Shown: piece after piece, positions 28,620 through 32,000 of the stretch
How positions within the stretch are numbered: the stretch's first letter is position 1
Layout: every line of letters starts with the position of its first letter
NCBI RefSeq assembly: GCF_900187275.1
Contig: NZ_LT906458.1
Coordinates: 2,070,001 to 2,102,000 of the forward strand
DNA: 32,000 bases
Source: Pasteurella multocida
GTDB lineage: Bacteria; Pseudomonadota; Gammaproteobacteria; Enterobacterales; Pasteurellaceae
Direction of reading: 5' to 3'
Position numbers and translations under genes: made by a program
The notes under the pieces: model-generated
Database searches by the model: none
The model's input: the letters and a program-made list of their open reading frames with translations, nothing else
What the model was told of the DNA's origin: nothing

Positions 28620-28695
28620 GTCCCCATCGTCTAGAGGCCTAGGACATCGCCCTTTCACGGCGGTAACCGGGGTTCGAATCCCCGTGGGGACGCCA
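28620..28695 (+). tRNA. tRNA-Glu (anticodon UUC)
   Basis: GTCCCCATCGTCTAGAGGCCTAGGACATCGCCCTTTCACGGCGGTAACCGGGGTTCGAATCCCCGTGGGGACGCCA, encoded CCA. Confidence 0.97.
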
Positions 28696-28920
28696 TTTAA
28701 AGATGACTTTTGTTGTCTTTACTGTTCTTTAAAAAATTGGAAACAAGCTGAAAAACTGAAGAGATTTTCGAAAGAAAGTCTGAGTAGAAAAATCTTGCAT
28801 GAAAAAAGGCATGCAAGTGTTTAGCGTTTAAACACAACATCAAGGTGATGAAACTTGATTAATGCATTAGCAAAGGTTAATGGATTAATTGAGATTAAGT
28901 AAGAATACTTGAGGTTGTAT

Positions 28921-31822
<2,902 letters not shown>

Positions 31823-31988
31823 TACAACGCTCAAGTGTTTTTGGGTGTTGAGTGAGACGTTAGACGAAAAGACGAAGAAGAGAAAATTACTTTAGACAGC
31901 TTGTTTTTGATTAAAGTGCGAGAGTGAAGAAAGCACAGAAGGAAGAACAGAAGAATAGAGAAGACAAGAGAAGACATCAACCGAATAT

Positions 31989-32000
31989 CTTGGCGGCGAT
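31989..32000 (+). rRNA. Probable first bases of 5S rRNA (truncated by window end)
   Basis: CTTGGCGGCGAT resembles a 5S 5' end and lies at the expected distance after 23S. Confidence 0.5.

Noticed and set aside
28615-28824. 69-aa plus-strand ORF covering tRNA-Glu and the 16S-23S spacer
   Set aside because: It is a translation of the tRNA (PSSRGLGHRPFTAVTGVRIPVGT) and spacer; a typical spurious hypothetical-protein call.

Overview
This window is housekeeping chromosome from a Pasteurellaceae genome, most like Pasteurella/Haemophilus by protein content, 16S text and Hin-type uptake signals (AAGTGCGGT). That taxonomic call is my inference; I ran no database search. Contents in order: 3' part of fusA; tufA; secE-nusG; rplK-rplA; a minus-strand GntP-family permease plus glycerate kinase module; rplJ-rplL-rpoB-rpoC; nudC-hemE-yjaG(DUF416)-hupA-glmS; a decayed PhoX-like phosphatase remnant; minus-strand metN-metI-metQ; gmhB; and an rRNA operon (16S, tRNA-Glu(UUC), 23S, and the likely first bases of 5S at the window end). 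I found no CRISPR array, transposon, prophage, defence locus or convincing novel system. The points most worth a second look are: (1) an unannotated, internally deleted Tat-signal PhoX pseudogene at about 22709-23080; (2) a terminator-like 12-bp hairpin with a mutually exclusive small hairpin between the rrn P1 promoter and boxA; (3) the glycerate module splitting the L11/L1 and L10/L12-rpoBC operons; (4) inverted uptake-signal pairs that appear to serve as intergenic terminators; and (5) a MetJ operator embedded in the metNIQ promoter. Several supplied ORF starts (rpoB, rpoC, rplL, metN, fusA) should be corrected.
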